A stretch of 64,000 nucleotides of DNA from assembly GCF_000142905.1 (NCBI RefSeq), contig NW_013657676.1, positions 248,001 to 312,000 on the forward strand. The letters are read 5' to 3'. Shown piece by piece: positions 1 through 10,997 of the stretch. Position 1 is the first letter of the stretch. The number at the start of each line of letters is the position of its first letter. The translations under genes and the position numbers were made by a program. Source of the stretch: Thecamonas trahens ATCC 50062 (lineage: Eukaryota; Protista; Apusomonadida). Under the pieces are notes generated by a model. The model saw only the letters and a list, made by a program, of their open reading frames with translations, was not told the origin of the DNA and made no database searches.

Positions 1-3000
1 GACGGTCGCAGGCCAAGGACCGCAAGCCCGGCAAGCACCTCGGGAGAGCTAAACTCAGGTCCAGGCACCTGACTCTTGGCGTCCAAAAACGGCGCAGCCA
101 TCCTGGCATCAGGGTGGTACAGCTCGGCAGCAGTGACCAGCGTGCCACTCCGCGTCGCCACCAGCGGTGTTCTCCGCAGCTGCTCAACAAGAGGAGCCTC
201 TTCCACCAGCGACGGCAGCCGTGCCAGAAGCACCCGCATTTGCTCCGAACGCACAAGCTCCGGAGCTAGGACCGATTGGCTGCTGCTCGCCAGCTGCGGG
301 AGGAAGACTTCGCGATAGAACCGTGTCTCATTGAGGATGGTCACACCCAGCGCGCCGAGCGCGCCGCGCTCGGCCGCGCTCCGTGCCACCACAAAGACTC
401 GCGGCCGCGACCCCGACGGTGTTGCCAAAGAGTCAGCGTTGAGCGAGCCAAGCAACGTGGCATCACATACCGAGGCAGGCGGGAGGACCGCATCGACACC
501 GCACAGCGCCACCCGCTGCACAACTCCGTCAGCCCCGTAGATCGTCACCAGCGGCATCCGCGTGACAAGCGCCGAAAGCGCGGCGCTGCCAGCAAGTGTC
601 TTGGCACCGACTGGTAACGCCAGCGCCGACAAAAGATACTCAGCTACCACCTCGAGTGCAGCCTCACGCTTAGGCGAGGCCTGCCAGTCGCTCTCGGCCC
701 AGCCTGCAGTCACGGCATCAAGCGCTGTGGCAATCGACCCCAGCTCGCACGACGCCATGTGGCCCGACATCCATCCGTGGGCGGCAAGGAGGCCTGGCTC
801 GGCAAACGTAAGCCCAAGCACACGCAGAGCGTCGCAAACATCTTCATCCATCCCTGAACCATCGCAGAGACCCGGTTGAGCCATGGCAACCAGCCGGAGC
901 CCGTCGTGGGCAATGACCAGCGGAAGGTCAAAGAGCACGCTGCGCGAGGCAAATACCGCGTCTTCGACACCACACCACACCGCATCCACCCACGCGCGAG
1001 AGAGCCACGGCTCGCTTCCCAGCTGCGGGCAATCACCAGCAGTGTCTAGCCCACGGGCGAGCACATACCGCAGCTGCTCGGCATTCTCGGCCCAGACCAG
1101 GTTTGCAGCCTGCGGTTCAAGCGCCGCAAGCCAGGCCAGTACGTCGTGGAGTTGAGGCGGCACCACAGACGCATCGACCACGCCAATGCCCCCGGCCGCT
1201 GCCGCTCGCTCAATCGCGAGACGCAGACTCGGTACAGACACTGCCACCACCGTGGTAGGCGGCGGCGCAATCGTCTCCACCCGTCCATCAAGCAGTTGCA
1301 GCAGCGGAAGACCCATGAGCTCGGGCAGCGCGACAAGATCCAGCGGAATGAGATCCGACATCAAGTACCCCACCAACTCGTCGGTCTCGGACATCTCGCC
1401 AACAAGTGCGCCAGCGACGCGCTTGGAGCCGTGCTCGCGAAGCATGGCCCGAACCAGACCTGGCGAAAGCGCGTTGGCGGTCGGCCCCAGCGAGGCCAAG
1501 ACAGCAGACGGTATCGGTACAAGAGTGTAGCCGAGGCTGGCTACGACGCGGGCCACACGCGAGTTGGACACTGCCTCGAACGCTTCTGATTCGACAAGGA
1601 CAAACGACGGATGCAATATCGAACGATCGTCGCCGAAAAGTGGCAGCACCGGTAGCAAATCGACGTACATCGCGTCAATCATCGGTGCAAAGGCCTCGCT
1701 CGCCAGGTTCAGCCGGTGTGGCCAGCGGGCCACAATGTCGCCAGGCAGTGGATTGGGTCCCATGCTCAAGACCACCCCCACAAGCGCTAGTGAGGCGGTA
1801 AACGGAAGCAGCCCGCGGAGAAGAGCGGCGTTCCAGGCAGCGCGCTGGGCAGCTACACCTTGCTCGGTTTGGGATGCACTCCACAGCTCGCGTCGATTGG
1901 ACGAGACCTCAAACGATGCCGACATCCACAGCGGAAGACCCGAGTGGAGCGGGAGCGGAAGGCCTACAAAGACTCGCGAGCAAGCTTCGGTCACCTCGTT
2001 GCCACTGCTCGCGAGCGGGATGGCGACTTGCGCAAACGGCACCAGTCGAACAACACCGCGCTGCTTGGCGTTTGCCTGCTCAACCGCGAGCCGCGTCGCC
2101 TCGACACCTCCCACTGCTGACGCGACAGCAAACGCGGTGGTGGATCCCGATGGCGCGTGTACGAGCGACATGGTGGCAAGCGAGTGAGCAAGAATACCCG
2201 CCGCCGCTGCATGCCCAGCGAGCATGCTGTGTCCCGGCTGCTGCTCGATCGTCTGCAGCCAGCGCGCAAACGCGGCCCTCGACGCGCGCGCAGGCGGCGG
2301 CACCACGAGTGAACCTCCTGGCGCAAGCACAGTGCCCGGCGCTGAGAGCGGCGACGCCTTGAGAGCGGCACGCGAAAACGCAAACAGCTCGCCCGCACCA
2401 TGGAGGTCGGCATGAGGAAAACCAGCAGCCACCACAAGTGCCTGCTGGGCTTGGCTCGGCAGCGGGGCGTCGGCGAAAACGCGAAAGCTGAGACGAGAGA
2501 CAGAGGAGAGGAAGAGCAGAGAGCCGGCGGCGTCGGGCGCAGCTTCAAACGCCGCGAAAAGATCAAGGATGGCACGCGGCGAGACTTGCCCACCAAATGC
2601 CGAGTCACGCGCCTGGACCGAGGTTCGCAGCGGGAGCCGGAACAGCGTGCCGTCGAGCGGTGCATCCAGCCGGTGACCCAGGACACAGAACGGCGCAAAC
2701 TGGTCCGGAAACATGCTTGCCAACCCCGGATCCAGCCGCAGGCGGATGCCGGCCGACGCCGACGGAAGGTGCCTTCCGTGTGGATCAAAGACCACCAGCG
2801 ATGAGCCCGAGACAAAGGTGAGCGTGTCGGTGACGTGGTAGGTGGCACATACACCGAGGCCAAACTTGCCAGTCGCTGCCGCATCCGCCGCCTTGGCGCC
2901 CTGTCCTATAGACGCAATGGCGGCGTAGTCTGCATCTGTGAACGGGGCGTCGTTGTAGACGAGCAGCGCTGGTCCCTGAAGTTCAGCCATCGAGTCGGCG

Positions 3001-6000
3001 AGGAGCTTGTCGCGTGGATGGTTGCGAAGGTCAAGGCAAAATACAACCTCGGACGCACCGGCATCGTTTGCGTTCTGCACCAGCTCGTGGAGGAGACCGA
3101 GGCCGAATGGATAGAGATCGAGCACACCGGAGATGGTGTGGGTGAGCGACTGGGACTGCGAAAACTCCTCCGCGTTAACAGCGGCTAGCGCCATGTGATC
3201 CGACGCCCGCGCCCAGAGCAGCGCCCGTAGCGACTTTGCGCCGAGCGCAAGCGCAACCGACGTGGCTAGCCCGTCGTGAACATACACCACATCAGCGGCC
3301 CCTACGCCGTCTGGCAGTGCCCCGCTGCCTGACTCGACCCACTGCGCGTCGTTGGCGGTGAGGCTTGCGGCTGGCACCAGTCGCCGCCGGGTATCCGGCA
3401 GCAGAACAGCGCCGCGCTCGTCGGGCGTGAGCGTGTGAACAATCGAGGCGAGATGAATCAGAATGGCGGTCACCCGCTCGAGCGAGATCGGCCAGGCTGT
3501 CGGCCCCGCGCTCGCCACCTCCGCGAGCACCTCGAGATAGACCCGGGGTGGAAACGCGGGAGGCACCCCGGCGGCGACAAAGAGCGGGCCAAACGGAACC
3601 ATGTCTGCAGGCACGACATACCGCAGCGGGCGGAGGTCAGTGACCGCCGAAAACGCCACCACGCCGGCTTCAACAAACGCCGAGCCCTGGAAAATCCACC
3701 GGATGCCCGGCCTACAGAGACGCTCCATCCAGTCAGGGCGCGGAGCCGAGGCTTCACCAAGCGCCGATGCAAGTAGCGCGTACACATGCGGAACAATGCG
3801 AGCCAGTGCGGCACCGGCGTGGGCGAGATCAGGCGCTTGCAGTTGACCAAGCGCCACCAGCTGGGCAACTACCAGCTCAGAATCAAGGTCCTCAGCACCA
3901 CCTGGCCAGCCAAGAGCATCGACAACGTGGCGCGGCCAGGCGAGCGAACGATGGCTATCGAGCACAAATCGGGAGACCGAAGCGTATGCAGCCAACTGCG
4001 GAGGAACGACATCTCTTGGGGCAGCGGTCGGTCGAGCTTCCTCGGCTCCGCGCCAGGGGAGCCATGGCAGGTCATTCGGTGGGCAGCCGGCAACCGGAAG
4101 CCACGGCGTCGAGCGGAGAGCGGTAAGCTGGTGTTCGGTGAGCGACGACACCAGTCGCGGCTGAACGGCAAGGTACTCGAGGAGCAAGCTGCCGCGGTCG
4201 CAGGCTTGATCTGCAGCGGCGCTTTTTGCAGCTGCCACAACTGCATCGGGTGTGAGCCGACTACGCAGACCGAGGCGCCGCAGCGCATGCAGAGGGATCG
4301 GAGCCGTGTAGCCCTCGGCCGGAAAGTGGTTTGGCGGGAGGAGGACTGCAAGCTGAGACTCATCGCTTTGAGGATCATACAGCTCATTGGCACGGGCGCG
4401 GGCGCAGCTGTCGCCGCCGGCCCGGAGCACAAACGGAAGCGAAGCAAGGATGTCAACCGCTACGGGATATTCGTCGCGGAGCGCGTCGACGTTCTCTAGC
4501 GCCAATCGGATGCCGACATCGATGTGACCCGGGAGTGGCACAGCCTCGTCGGCAGAGAGCAAGTCTGCAAGCCATGGCACAAAGGCGCGGGCAATGACTC
4601 CAATGCTGTCGAGCTGCTCGACGAACGGCGCGAGCCAGACAGCAAGCCCATGGACAGACGCTGGCAGCGGCGCAAGACATGACGGCGCCAGCAGCGCACT
4701 CGGTGTGGCCGGCGGGACAAGAAAGTGGGCACCGAGAGAGCCGAGCTGAGTCCCGCCTCCGCACGCAATGTGCGGCCACATCGGAGCTGCAATTAGGCTC
4801 GCTGCAAAGTCAGCAGTGTGCGGCGAGTCGAGGTTGGCGTGGGTGCTGGTCTTGAGGTCAGCAAGCAGAGAGCGTAGTGTGTTCGCATCACTAGCAGAGA
4901 GTGTGCTGATGGCAGCCGCAAAGTCTGACGGAGCGACCGAGGCTGCGCGCGCCAGGCCGTCAAAGGAGAACTCGTGCGCAAGACCTGTGAGCCCGCTGCG
5001 CGTCGCCGCCACAGGAAGCCCAAGCGAGAGCAACAGCCGCGGAAGGTCGGCTTGGTTGGCCAGGAGCGAGGCGGCGTGCGGCGGCAGAACAAGTCGCGAC
5101 GTCGCAAGCGACGATGGGACCGGGTATCTGTCAGTGGCGGCGAGAACAGGGACCACTTGCGCTCCAGCAAGCTTCGTCGCGCTGCCTTTGCGCACTTTCA
5201 TGTAGGCGAGTACGGCGTCTGGCGACGCCGACGCCACGGCGACAAGGTCGCGTTGTGGAAGGTCACCCGGCCCAGCTACGACAACAAGACGATGCCCAAG
5301 CCGGTCTGGCGTTAGCGAAGTGAGCATGTCGAAGACATCGGTACCCTCGACAGCAGAAGCCACGCTGCGCTCGGGGAGAAGCGCAGCAAGAAGCAGCGCC
5401 TCGGGAGAGTTTGGGGCAGCAATGTAGGCGCCCTGCGCAGGAAGCGGGGAAAACTCTCCAGAAGCGAGCGGGAAGAGCGGGCCGTCCCCGCTGAGATCTA
5501 GTCCGGGGGTAGCTGCTAGCCAGGCGAGCAGCGCAACGCCAGGCTCGCTCACCGGGTAGCGCGGTCGGAGAGGCAGAACGCTGGCAGTAATCCATGCAGG
5601 TGCAATAGTGGCCTTCTCTATCGCCGCTGATGTCGCTGGCGAGCATGCCAGTAATCGAAGGAGATGAGGCGGCGACGTCGTTACCATGTGGGCGGGATCG
5701 TCGACGCAATGAGCAATGGCGAGTGCCAGCGGCGAGTCGGCTGGCACCGACGGTGGTAAGAGACGGGCGTCGGGAAGTGCAACAAGACCCGCGTCAGGGT
5801 TGTCGGGAACAAAGAGCGGAAGCGGTGGATCCAGAGTAGAGGATGCAAGCGGCGCAAGCAGCGAAGACCAAGGCGGGTGGACGGAAGTTGGCTCCGGGAG
5901 CAGATCGGCAGGCAAAAGGCGATGGGCGGAGAGACCAGGCCGGGAGACGAGCGCGAGGCCAAGGCTGAGGAGCGGCGGGATGCCCTCGGTGATGAGGGCA

Positions 6001-7289
6001 TTGTTCCAGTCGGCACGGGTCTTACCAAGGCCGGTCAAGTCAAGGCCATGCCAGATGTCGCGCCGGTTGGACGAGAGCTCAAAGGCACCGTTGATGTGAA
6101 AGGCGAGCCCGGTGTGGGTCGGAAGCGGGAGGGTGCAAAAGGCTCGACCGAGGCAGCCGCGATGAAGTGGGAGCGCGAGGCCGACAAGCGGCAGAAAGGT
6201 GAAACCAAATTCGATGAGCGTCTCGTCAGTGGCGAGGGCGAGCGGCTGCCCGCCTGTCAGGCCCTGAAGAATCAGGAGCGATGTCGTGACATCAGGCGAG
6301 CCGCTGCGAGCAACGGTTACATCGAGGACGTAGGCGACGGTTGTAGACGCGGCCGAGGCCTCGATCCAAGCGGTTGGCGTCGAACCTACAACTTGGTTGA
6401 GAAGCGACCGCGGCGAGGCTGACGGCGGCAGCAACGTGAGCGGGTGCCGTGGCAGCGGGAGCTCCGGCGGCAGAGATCGGGTGGCGGCGGTGAGAGAGAC
6501 AAGCAGAGAGGGAGCGCTAGCACCGGCCTCCCACACTAACAGGTTGACACAGGCGACGTGCTTGAGAAAAAGGAGCATGTTGTGGGCGTCGTGCGCAAAG
6601 TCGTCGAATAGCTGCAGTATATCGTCAGAGGTAAAGGCCTCCTTGGAGAGCTCGGACGCCGCTGCCTGGTCTTCAGTCCGGAGGGGAAGCCGGAAGAGGG
6701 TGCCATCAAAGTTGGAACCGGCAAGCGGATCATAATCGGCCTGGCCGGGCGCAAGAGCTCCTGCCGGCAGCGCATACGGCGCAAACTGCGATGCGTGCGA
6801 CGAGAGCGCATCGGCGACGCCAGGGTCGGTCATGTCGATGGCGGTGCCCGGATCGGCGGCGGAGACCCGAGGAAGCGAGCGCAGCGACGGGTCAAAGTAT
6901 ACAAGCTTTGAGCGCGAGACAAACGAAGGAACTTCGGTGAGGTGGTAGACAGCACAGAAGCCGATGCCGAAGCGGCCGGTCTTGGTCCGCAAACTCGCCT
7001 TGCCCGAGTCGCCGACGCGCTGGATCGACTCAAAGTCGGCATCCGAGAACACAGCGTCGTTGTACGCCAGCAGCGCTGGACCCTGAAACGGGGCGAGTCC
7101 CGGAAAGGCCAGCGAGTCTGTGTCAAACTCTCGCTTGTCGAGGCAGAGCGCGAGTGTCGCCGCACCGGCATCGTCTGCGTTCTGCAGCAGCTCCCGGAGG
7201 ACCGAGACGCCAGCGGGGTAGATGGCAAGGATCTCCCTCAGGCGGGTGGTAAGCTTGAGCTTGGGCCCAAACGACGACCCGAGCTCCAT
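1..7289 (-). CDS. SACS: Sacsin-like giant protein (repeated HSP90/GHKL-like SRR domains), 3' end beyond window
   Basis: Manual translation from ATG at 7289(-): MELGSSFGPKLKLTTRLREILAIYPAGVSVLRELLQNADDAGA...FQGPALLAYNDAVFSDADF...KTGRFGIGFCAVYHLTEVPSFVS, the sacsin repeat signature. A second copy in the same frame starts near 3170 (EEFSQSQSLTHTISGVLDLYPFGLGLLHELVQNANDAGA...GKFGLG..YHVTD). No stop-terminated ORF is listed in this frame, so it appears open to position 1. Confidence 0.93.
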   Translation of the reverse strand, partial: MELGSSFGPKLKLTTRLREILAIYPAGVSVLRELLQNADDAGAATLALCLDKREFDTDSLAFPGLAPFQGPALLAYNDAVFSDADFESIQRVGDSGKASLRTKTGRFGIGFCAVYHLTEVPSFVSRSKLVYFDPSLRSLPRVSAADPGTAIDMTDPGVADALSSHASQFAPYALPAGALAPGQADYDPLAGSNFDGTLFRLPLRTEDQAAASELSKEAFTSDDILQLFDDFAHDAHNMLLFLKHVACVNLLVWEAGASAPSLLVSLTAATRSLPPELPLPRHPLTLLPPSASPRSLLNQVVGSTPTAWIEASAASTTVAYVLDVTVARSGSPDVTTSLLILQGLTGGQPLALATDETLIEFGFTFLPLVGLALPLHRGCLGRAFCTLPLPTHTGLAFHINGAFELSSNRRDIWHGLDLTGLGKTRADWNNALITEGIPPLLSLGLALVSRPGLSAHRLLPADLLPEPTSVHPPWSSLLAPLASSTLDPPLPLFVPDNPDAGLVALPDARLLPPSVPADSPLALAIAHCVDDPAHMVTTSPPHLLRLLACSPATSAAIEKATIAPAWITASVLPLRPRYPVSEPGVALLAWLAATPGLDLSGDGPLFPLASGEFSPLPAQGAYIAAPNSPEALLLAALLPERSVASAVEGTDVFDMLTSLTPDRLGHRLVVVAGPGDLPQRDLVAVASASPDAVLAYMKVRKGSATKLAGAQVVPVLAATDRYPVPSSLATSRLVLPPHAASLLANQADLPRLLLSLGLPVAATRSGLTGLAHEFSFDGLARAASVAPSDFAAAISTLSASDANTLRSLLADLKTSTHANLDSPHTADFAASLIAAPMWPHIACGGGTQLGSLGAHFLVPPATPSALLAPSCLAPLPASVHGLAVWLAPFVEQLDSIGVIARAFVPWLADLLSADEAVPLPGHIDVGIRLALENVDALRDEYPVAVDILASLPFVLRAGGDSCARARANELYDPQSDESQLAVLLPPNHFPAEGYTAPIPLHALRRLGLRSRLTPDAVVAAAKSAAADQACDRGSLLLEYLAVQPRLVSSLTEHQLTALRSTPWLPVAGCPPNDLPWLPWRGAEEARPTAAPRDVVPPQLAAYASVSRFVLDSHRSLAWPRHVVDALGWPGGAEDLDSELVVAQLVALGQLQAPDLAHAGAALARIVPHVYALLASALGEASAPRPDWMERLCRPGIRWIFQGSAFVEAGVVAFSAVTDLRPLRYVVPADMVPFGPLFVAAGVPPAFPPRVYLEVLAEVASAGPTAWPISLERVTAILIHLASIVHTLTPDERGAVLLPDTRRRLVPAASLTANDAQWVESGSGALPDGVGAADVVYVHDGLATSVALALGAKSLRALLWARASDHMALAAVNAEEFSQSQSLTHTISGVLDLYPFGLGLLHELVQNANDAGASEVVFCLDLRNHPRDKLLADSMAELQGPALLVYNDAPFTDADYAAIASIGQGAKAADAAATGKFGLGVCATYHVTDTLTFVSGSSLVVFDPHGRHLPSASAGIRLRLDPGLASMFPDQFAPFCVLGHRLDAPLDGTLFRLPLRTSVQARDSAFGGQVSPRAILDLFAAFEAAPDAAGSLLFLSSVSRLSFRVFADAPLPSQAQQALVVAAGFPHADLHGAGELFAFSRAALKASPLSAPGTVLAPGGSLVVPPPARASRAAFARWLQTIEQQPGHSMLAGHAAAAGILAHSLATMSLVHAPSGSTTAFAVASAVGGVEATRLAVEQANAKQRGVVRLVPFAQVAIPLASSGNEVTEACSRVFVGLPLPLHSGLPLWMSASFEVSSNRRELWSASQTEQGVAAQRAAWNAALLRGLLPFTASLALVGVVLSMGPNPLPGDIVARWPHRLNLASEAFAPMIDAMYVDLLPVLPLFGDDRSILHPSFVLVESEAFEAVSNSRVARVVASLGYTLVPIPSAVLASLGPTANALSPGLVRAMLREHGSKRVAGALVGEMSETDELVGYLMSDLIPLDLVALPELMGLPLLQLLDGRVETIAPPPTTVVAVSVPSLRLAIERAAAAGGIGVVDASVVPPQLHDVLAWLAALEPQAANLVWAENAEQLRYVLARGLDTAGDCPQLGSEPWLSRAWVDAVWCGVEDAVFASRSVLFDLPLVIAHDGLRLVAMAQPGLCDGSGMDEDVCDALRVLGLTFAEPGLLAAHGWMSGHMASCELGSIATALDAVTAGWAESDWQASPKREAALEVVAEYLLSALALPVGAKTLAGSAALSALVTRMPLVTIYGADGVVQRVALCGVDAVLPPASVCDATLLGSLNADSLATPSGSRPRVFVVARSAAERGALGALGVTILNETRFYREVFLPQLASSSQSVLAPELVRSEQMRVLLARLPSLVEEAPLVEQLRRTPLVATRSGTLVTAAELYHPDARMAAPFLDAKSQVPGPEFSSPEVLAGLAVLGLRP

Positions 7290-7519
7290 TATGTCTGAAT
7301 ATACGTGCCACTTGCAAGCGAGTCTAATGTGGTGCGCTTGGTGCGGCTGAAGGGCAGGTCGTCGTCGGCGTGGCTGCCTGAGCCGAGTGTGACACTCGGC
7401 GGTCGTGGAAGGCGAAGGCGGACTCCTCACTCGTGTCGGCTGGCAACCAACAAGAGGGGGGGGGCAGTCTAACGGGTCACACACTGGTGTGGTGGCAAGA
7501 CTTCTCGCCACGCATTGAG

Positions 7520-8865
7520 ATGTTCAACAAGCTGCGCAGCCTGGTATCCAAGAAGAAGCGGAGACTTTGTGAGGATGGCTTTGACTTGGACATGACGTAC
7601 ATCGAGGTATGCCGGAAGCCGTTGGCAACGGCGGCGTGAAGGGGTGACAGGGGGGGGAGGGGGGGGGGGAGGGGGAGGGGGAGGGGAAGGCAAGGAGAGC
7701 AATGGGCAGGGAACTGACGAGGACGAGGTATGTGGGGCGCGTGTGTGCATGTGCGCGTGTGGGAGCAGCCGAACGTGTTGGCTATGGGGTATCCGTCGAC
7801 AGGAGTTGAGGGGCTGTACCGCAACCCGCGGGCGCACGTGGTCTCGTTCCTCCATCTCAAGCACGGAGCACACTTTCGGGTCTTCAACCTCTGCTCGGAG
7901 CGGCGGTATCCGCTGGATGTGTTTGGGCCTGATGTCAAGGTGGTAGAGCTTCCGTTTGATGACCACAACCCGTGTCCGATGTGGATGATTCTGGAGTTTG
8001 TGGCCGAGGCGCTGACGTATCTAGAGGCGGACCCGGACAATGTGGTTGCCGTCCACTGCAAGGCCGGCAAAGGCCGGACAGGGCTCCTCATCTGCTGCCT
8101 GCTCATTGCACTCGGCAAGTACCCGACCGCGAGCGCGGCGCTGGAGTACTACGGCAACGCGCGGACAAAGAACGGCAAGGGGTTACGATTCCATCACAGG
8201 CGCGGTATGTGCGGTACTACGAGACGGTGGCGGTCGAGGGCGGGCTGCGCGACGCAGTCGATGTGCAGCTGACGAGTGTGAAGCTGTACGGGCCGATGCC
8301 ACGGTTAGGCGGCGGCGGGATTCGAGCCTCGGTCTCGGTTTACGTCGACGGCAAGGTTGTGGGGAGAAGCAAGGGCGATCCGGTGGTGGCGACCGGGACG
8401 GTGCTTGCGGATGTGCCGGTGGAGCTGGCGCTGGAGAGTGTGGCTGGCGGGGAGCTTGTGGTTACCGGCGATGCCAAGGTTGTGGTCCACCACACACGGG
8501 CGGTGCGGGGCAAGACCAAAGCGCTGCAGTTCTGGTTCTACACCTCGTATCTGCCAACGTGCGGCGAGCTTGTACTGAGCAAGGCCGGACTGGACAAGGC
8601 GTGCAAGTCGTCAAAGTATGCCGACGGCTTCCGCGCGGTGCTGGCGTACGACGCAAGCAACATCAAAGAGGCCGATGCGCCACGCAAGCCAAGTGAGACG
8701 TCGGCGCCTGCCACGCCGAGCGGGCGCAAGGCGTCACGGACCGAGCCGCTGCGGGCCGACGCATCGCCGCTTGCGCCGCGGGCGGCGCTGGTTGAGGACG
8801 TGTCCGCGTCCGAGACAGTGTACACCTACGAGTACGAGTACGATTATTCCGACTTTTGGACATGA
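7520..8865 (+). CDS. PTEN: PTEN-like PI(3,4,5)P3 phosphatase (phosphatase + C2); intron 7607-7768; apparent 1-nt frameshift at 8179-8182
   Basis: Exon 1 MFNKLRSLVSKKKRRLCEDGFDLDMTYIE|GTATGC...CAG|PNVLAMGYP; PFDDHN, HCKAGKGRTG catalytic motif, VTIPSQARYVRYY, C2 motif FWFYT. Confidence 0.93.
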
Positions 8866-8892
8866 ACGAGCACGCGAAGCGATTGCATGGCC

Positions 8893-10755
8893 TCACTTGC
8901 GCTTCTTGCCGCGGCCGCGGCCGCCGCCTCCGCCCTTGCCCTTGCGCTTGTCGACCAGCGTGACGGCCTTGCCGGGCACACCCCACTCGCTGGCGAGGTA
9001 GCCGATAACGTCATCGACCTTGTCACCCTGTACAACAAGGTCGTTGTCGCGAACAGTGGCTGAGGCGGCGCAAGCTGTCGAGAGGTCGCCAGCGAGCGAT
9101 GCGGCGTCGAGCTGCAGCGCCGCGAGATTGGAGACAACTGTGGTGGCCTTGCGCCGATTGCCGCCACGATTGGCGACGGTAACCACAAGCTTGGGCGGCT
9201 CGCCGCGAAGCAAGAGCTGGGTACCGTACGGCGGATTAAACTCGGTCACCTTTTTGACAGCGTTGGCGGCGAGCAAAGCGCGAACGAGATCCTTTCGGGC
9301 AATGCGTCCGTCGTCGCCCACAAACGCGGCGCGGGCCTTGGCGGTGAGGGCAGAGTCAAGGTTTGCGTCGAGGGCGGTAGCGGCACCCGAGCCCAGCTCG
9401 CGCTCGCGGACATAGTTGGCGAGCGCCTTGGTGAGCTTTCCCTGCGGGATCGGAGCATCCTTGCTCGGGTCTAGGCCAAGTGCAAGGAAGAGCGACTCGG
9501 CGCGGCGGGCCGGTGCGACGAGCTCGCGGAAGAATGGGAGGGCAGAGGCGCGGGCTTGCGCAGCCTGAGCCGCGGCGCGGCGCTCAGCCTTGGCCGCCGC
9601 CGCGGCGTCGTTCTCATACACGGTCCGCGACGCAACGTGGCTTGCGAGGGCCGGGTGCGACGCCGACGCCACGCTCACCACAAACATAACACCGGCCTTG
9701 TCCTTGATCGAGATGAGGCCGTCGGCCGCTTGCGACTTGAGGAACTTGGTCAGGTTCTTGAATGACGAAGCCTTGATGGAGACGGTCTCGCCAACAGCAC
9801 GCGATGGGACGACATATGCCGACATGAAGGTCGACGTTTCGAGAGGGAGCGCGGCCCGAAGATCGGCGCCGCGGGTCTTGAGCGCGTTGAGAAAGGCGTG
9901 ACGTAGACTGGCGTCGGCCTCGTCGCGCGAGGTGGGTGCGGCCGAAGGGCCAGCCTCGTCGGGAGCGTCAACACGGACTGGATCAGCCGTGTCGGACTCT
10001 GCACCCGGGTCGGGCTGAGACTCAGGCTCGGGCCCGGCGGCAGCAGCAGGAGCGGCAGGTCCGGCGAGGTGCGGAAGAGAGCAAACGCCCAGCGGCCAAA
10101 GCTGCGAGAGCTCGTCCAGCCATACATGCAGGATCTCGACGGCCTTACCGACCATACCGTAGTGGAGGACATGATCGGCGTCGACGAGGCAGGCACCGAC
10201 AGCGATGGCGGCCGAGCCTTCAGTAAGAGTGACGGCTACGAGCTCGCCAACGCGCCAGGAGCGGATCTCATCCTGAGTGGCGACGACGCCCGGAAGCATC
10301 AGATCGGCACCACCTCGCAGGCGGTCGAGAACCGGGCGATGCGTTCGCATGACCGGAATCGCAGTCGGTGCCATCCACAGGAGGTACACGCTCGGAACGA
10401 CGTCGGCCAGCTTCCCATTGCTGCGATCAAAGACGAGCGGAATGGAGGCTTCCGAGAAAGCGACAGCCTCGGCCGCCACGTCCGAGTCCGGGCACTCGCG
10501 CAAGGCATCCAGAACCTTGTTCAGTGGATGCTCATCGTCACACTTGTTTGCGGTGGAGACGACAGCCTCGTAGATGACCACCCCCTTGGGCTCGCGGATC
10601 TTGACCTCGGTCACGGGCGTCTTCTTGTGCAACACAAGGCCGGCAACAGCCGCGGGAAGACCCGGGACTACAGCCTGGAGGGCGGCACGGACCTTCTTGA
10701 CCACAGCGCCTTTGACCCGGGCCCGGCCGGATGTCTCCAGTGACTTGCGGAACAT
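8893..10755 (-). CDS. EIF2D: eIF2D/ligatin (PUA, SWIB-like, SUI1 domains)
   Basis: MFRK start; PSVYLLW, GGADLMLPGV and GKAVEILH PUA motifs; IKASSFKNLTKFLK; C-terminal SUI1 (CAASATV...VVQGD). Confidence 0.9.
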   Translation of the reverse strand: MFRKSLETSGRARVKGAVVKKVRAALQAVVPGLPAAVAGLVLHKKTPVTEVKIREPKGVVIYEAVVSTANKCDDEHPLNKVLDALRECPDSDVAAEAVAFSEASIPLVFDRSNGKLADVVPSVYLLWMAPTAIPVMRTHRPVLDRLRGGADLMLPGVVATQDEIRSWRVGELVAVTLTEGSAAIAVGACLVDADHVLHYGMVGKAVEILHVWLDELSQLWPLGVCSLPHLAGPAAPAAAAGPEPESQPDPGAESDTADPVRVDAPDEAGPSAAPTSRDEADASLRHAFLNALKTRGADLRAALPLETSTFMSAYVVPSRAVGETVSIKASSFKNLTKFLKSQAADGLISIKDKAGVMFVVSVASASHPALASHVASRTVYENDAAAAAKAERRAAAQAAQARASALPFFRELVAPARRAESLFLALGLDPSKDAPIPQGKLTKALANYVRERELGSGAATALDANLDSALTAKARAAFVGDDGRIARKDLVRALLAANAVKKVTEFNPPYGTQLLLRGEPPKLVVTVANRGGNRRKATTVVSNLAALQLDAASLAGDLSTACAASATVRDNDLVVQGDKVDDVIGYLASEWGVPGKAVTLVDKRKGKGGGGGRGRGKKRK

Positions 10756-10997
10756 GGGCAAGAGTGGCGGGGTGGTGAGTGGAGAGGTGTTGCGGGGATC
10801 GATCCGATTCGACGAGGCTGGGGGGGGGGGGAGGGGGGGGGGGAGGGGGGGAGAGGGCATGCGCGTGCATATATGTGTGTGCGTGTGTTTGACGCTACTC
10901 TTCCGTATCTATTGGCTTGTGGCTTGATAGACAGTCCGATGGAAGACCCAGAGCGAGTGGCGCTGATGGACGGCGCAGCGGCTGGGACTGGCGTCGA

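Noticed and set aside
1-7300. Similar segments at ~2835-3190 and ~6940-7300 read as LTRs or a transposon, plus many short ORFs
   Set aside because: The similarity is two in-frame sacsin repeat domains of one gene; no RT, integrase or transposase motifs were seen.
10756-10860. Poly-Pro N-terminal extensions on eIF2D and similar ORF-track extensions (RecQ, RluA, DUF1765, TTC1, oxidoreductase)
   Set aside because: They translate poly-C/G or microsatellite UTR/intron sequence upstream of the more plausible ATG.
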